Of a stretch of DNA of 64,000 nucleotides, positions 63,947-64,000 are shown piece by piece. The position numbers and the translations under genes are program-made. Each line of letters opens with the position of its first letter. Position 1 is the first letter of the stretch. A model generated the notes under the pieces. It searched no databases. It was not told the origin of the DNA and was given only the letters and a program-made list of their open reading frames with translations. The stretch comes from Gammaproteobacteria bacterium (GTDB lineage: Bacteria; Pseudomonadota; Gammaproteobacteria; UBA4575): contig CBDCTA010000028.1 in assembly GCA_965221955.1 (NCBI GenBank), positions 1-64,000 of the forward strand, read 5' to 3'.

Positions 63947-64000
63947 CTATAAACCTGATTTAAGGCTTGCTTCTATAAATTGATCAAGATTTCCATCTAA
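63947..64000 (-). CDS. prfB: peptide chain release factor 2, C-terminal end (truncated by window)
   Basis: Hand translation [17 protein letters not shown], directly upstream of lysS. Confidence 0.9.
   Translation of the reverse strand, partial: LDGNLDQFIEASLKSGL

Overview
AT-rich gammaproteobacterial chromosome segment, mostly housekeeping: fumC/purB, a Gld-like ABC system, nudF-kdsB-lpxK-msbA-exbBD-comEC (comEC frameshifted), lolDE, aguAB, a complete ccmA-I operon, mfd-csiV, mtnP-hpt-mscS-nagZ, zapE-mdh, sdhCDAB-sdhE-ygfX, ygfZ, a CusRS/CzcRS-like islet, lysS and the 3' end of prfB. The standout is a ~2.6-kb accessory island (38050-40670) at the convergent csiV/mtnP junction. Five unrelated single-gene units (four small hypothetical genes and a sigma54/NtrC-controlled cyanase) are separated by six copies of a 32-bp site with 11-bp inverted arms and a directional 10-bp core, and the island is bracketed by GGA-hairpin inverted repeats. 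It resembles an integron-like cassette array, but the sites are not attC and no recombinase lies in the window. Other non-coding signals are a candidate sigma54-driven ~100-nt sRNA with anti-Shine-Dalgarno motifs upstream of nagZ, a 4x23-bp operator-like array between fumC and purB, two copies of a ~120-bp MITE and CzcR-type boxes. All calls come from reading motifs by eye; no database searches were run.
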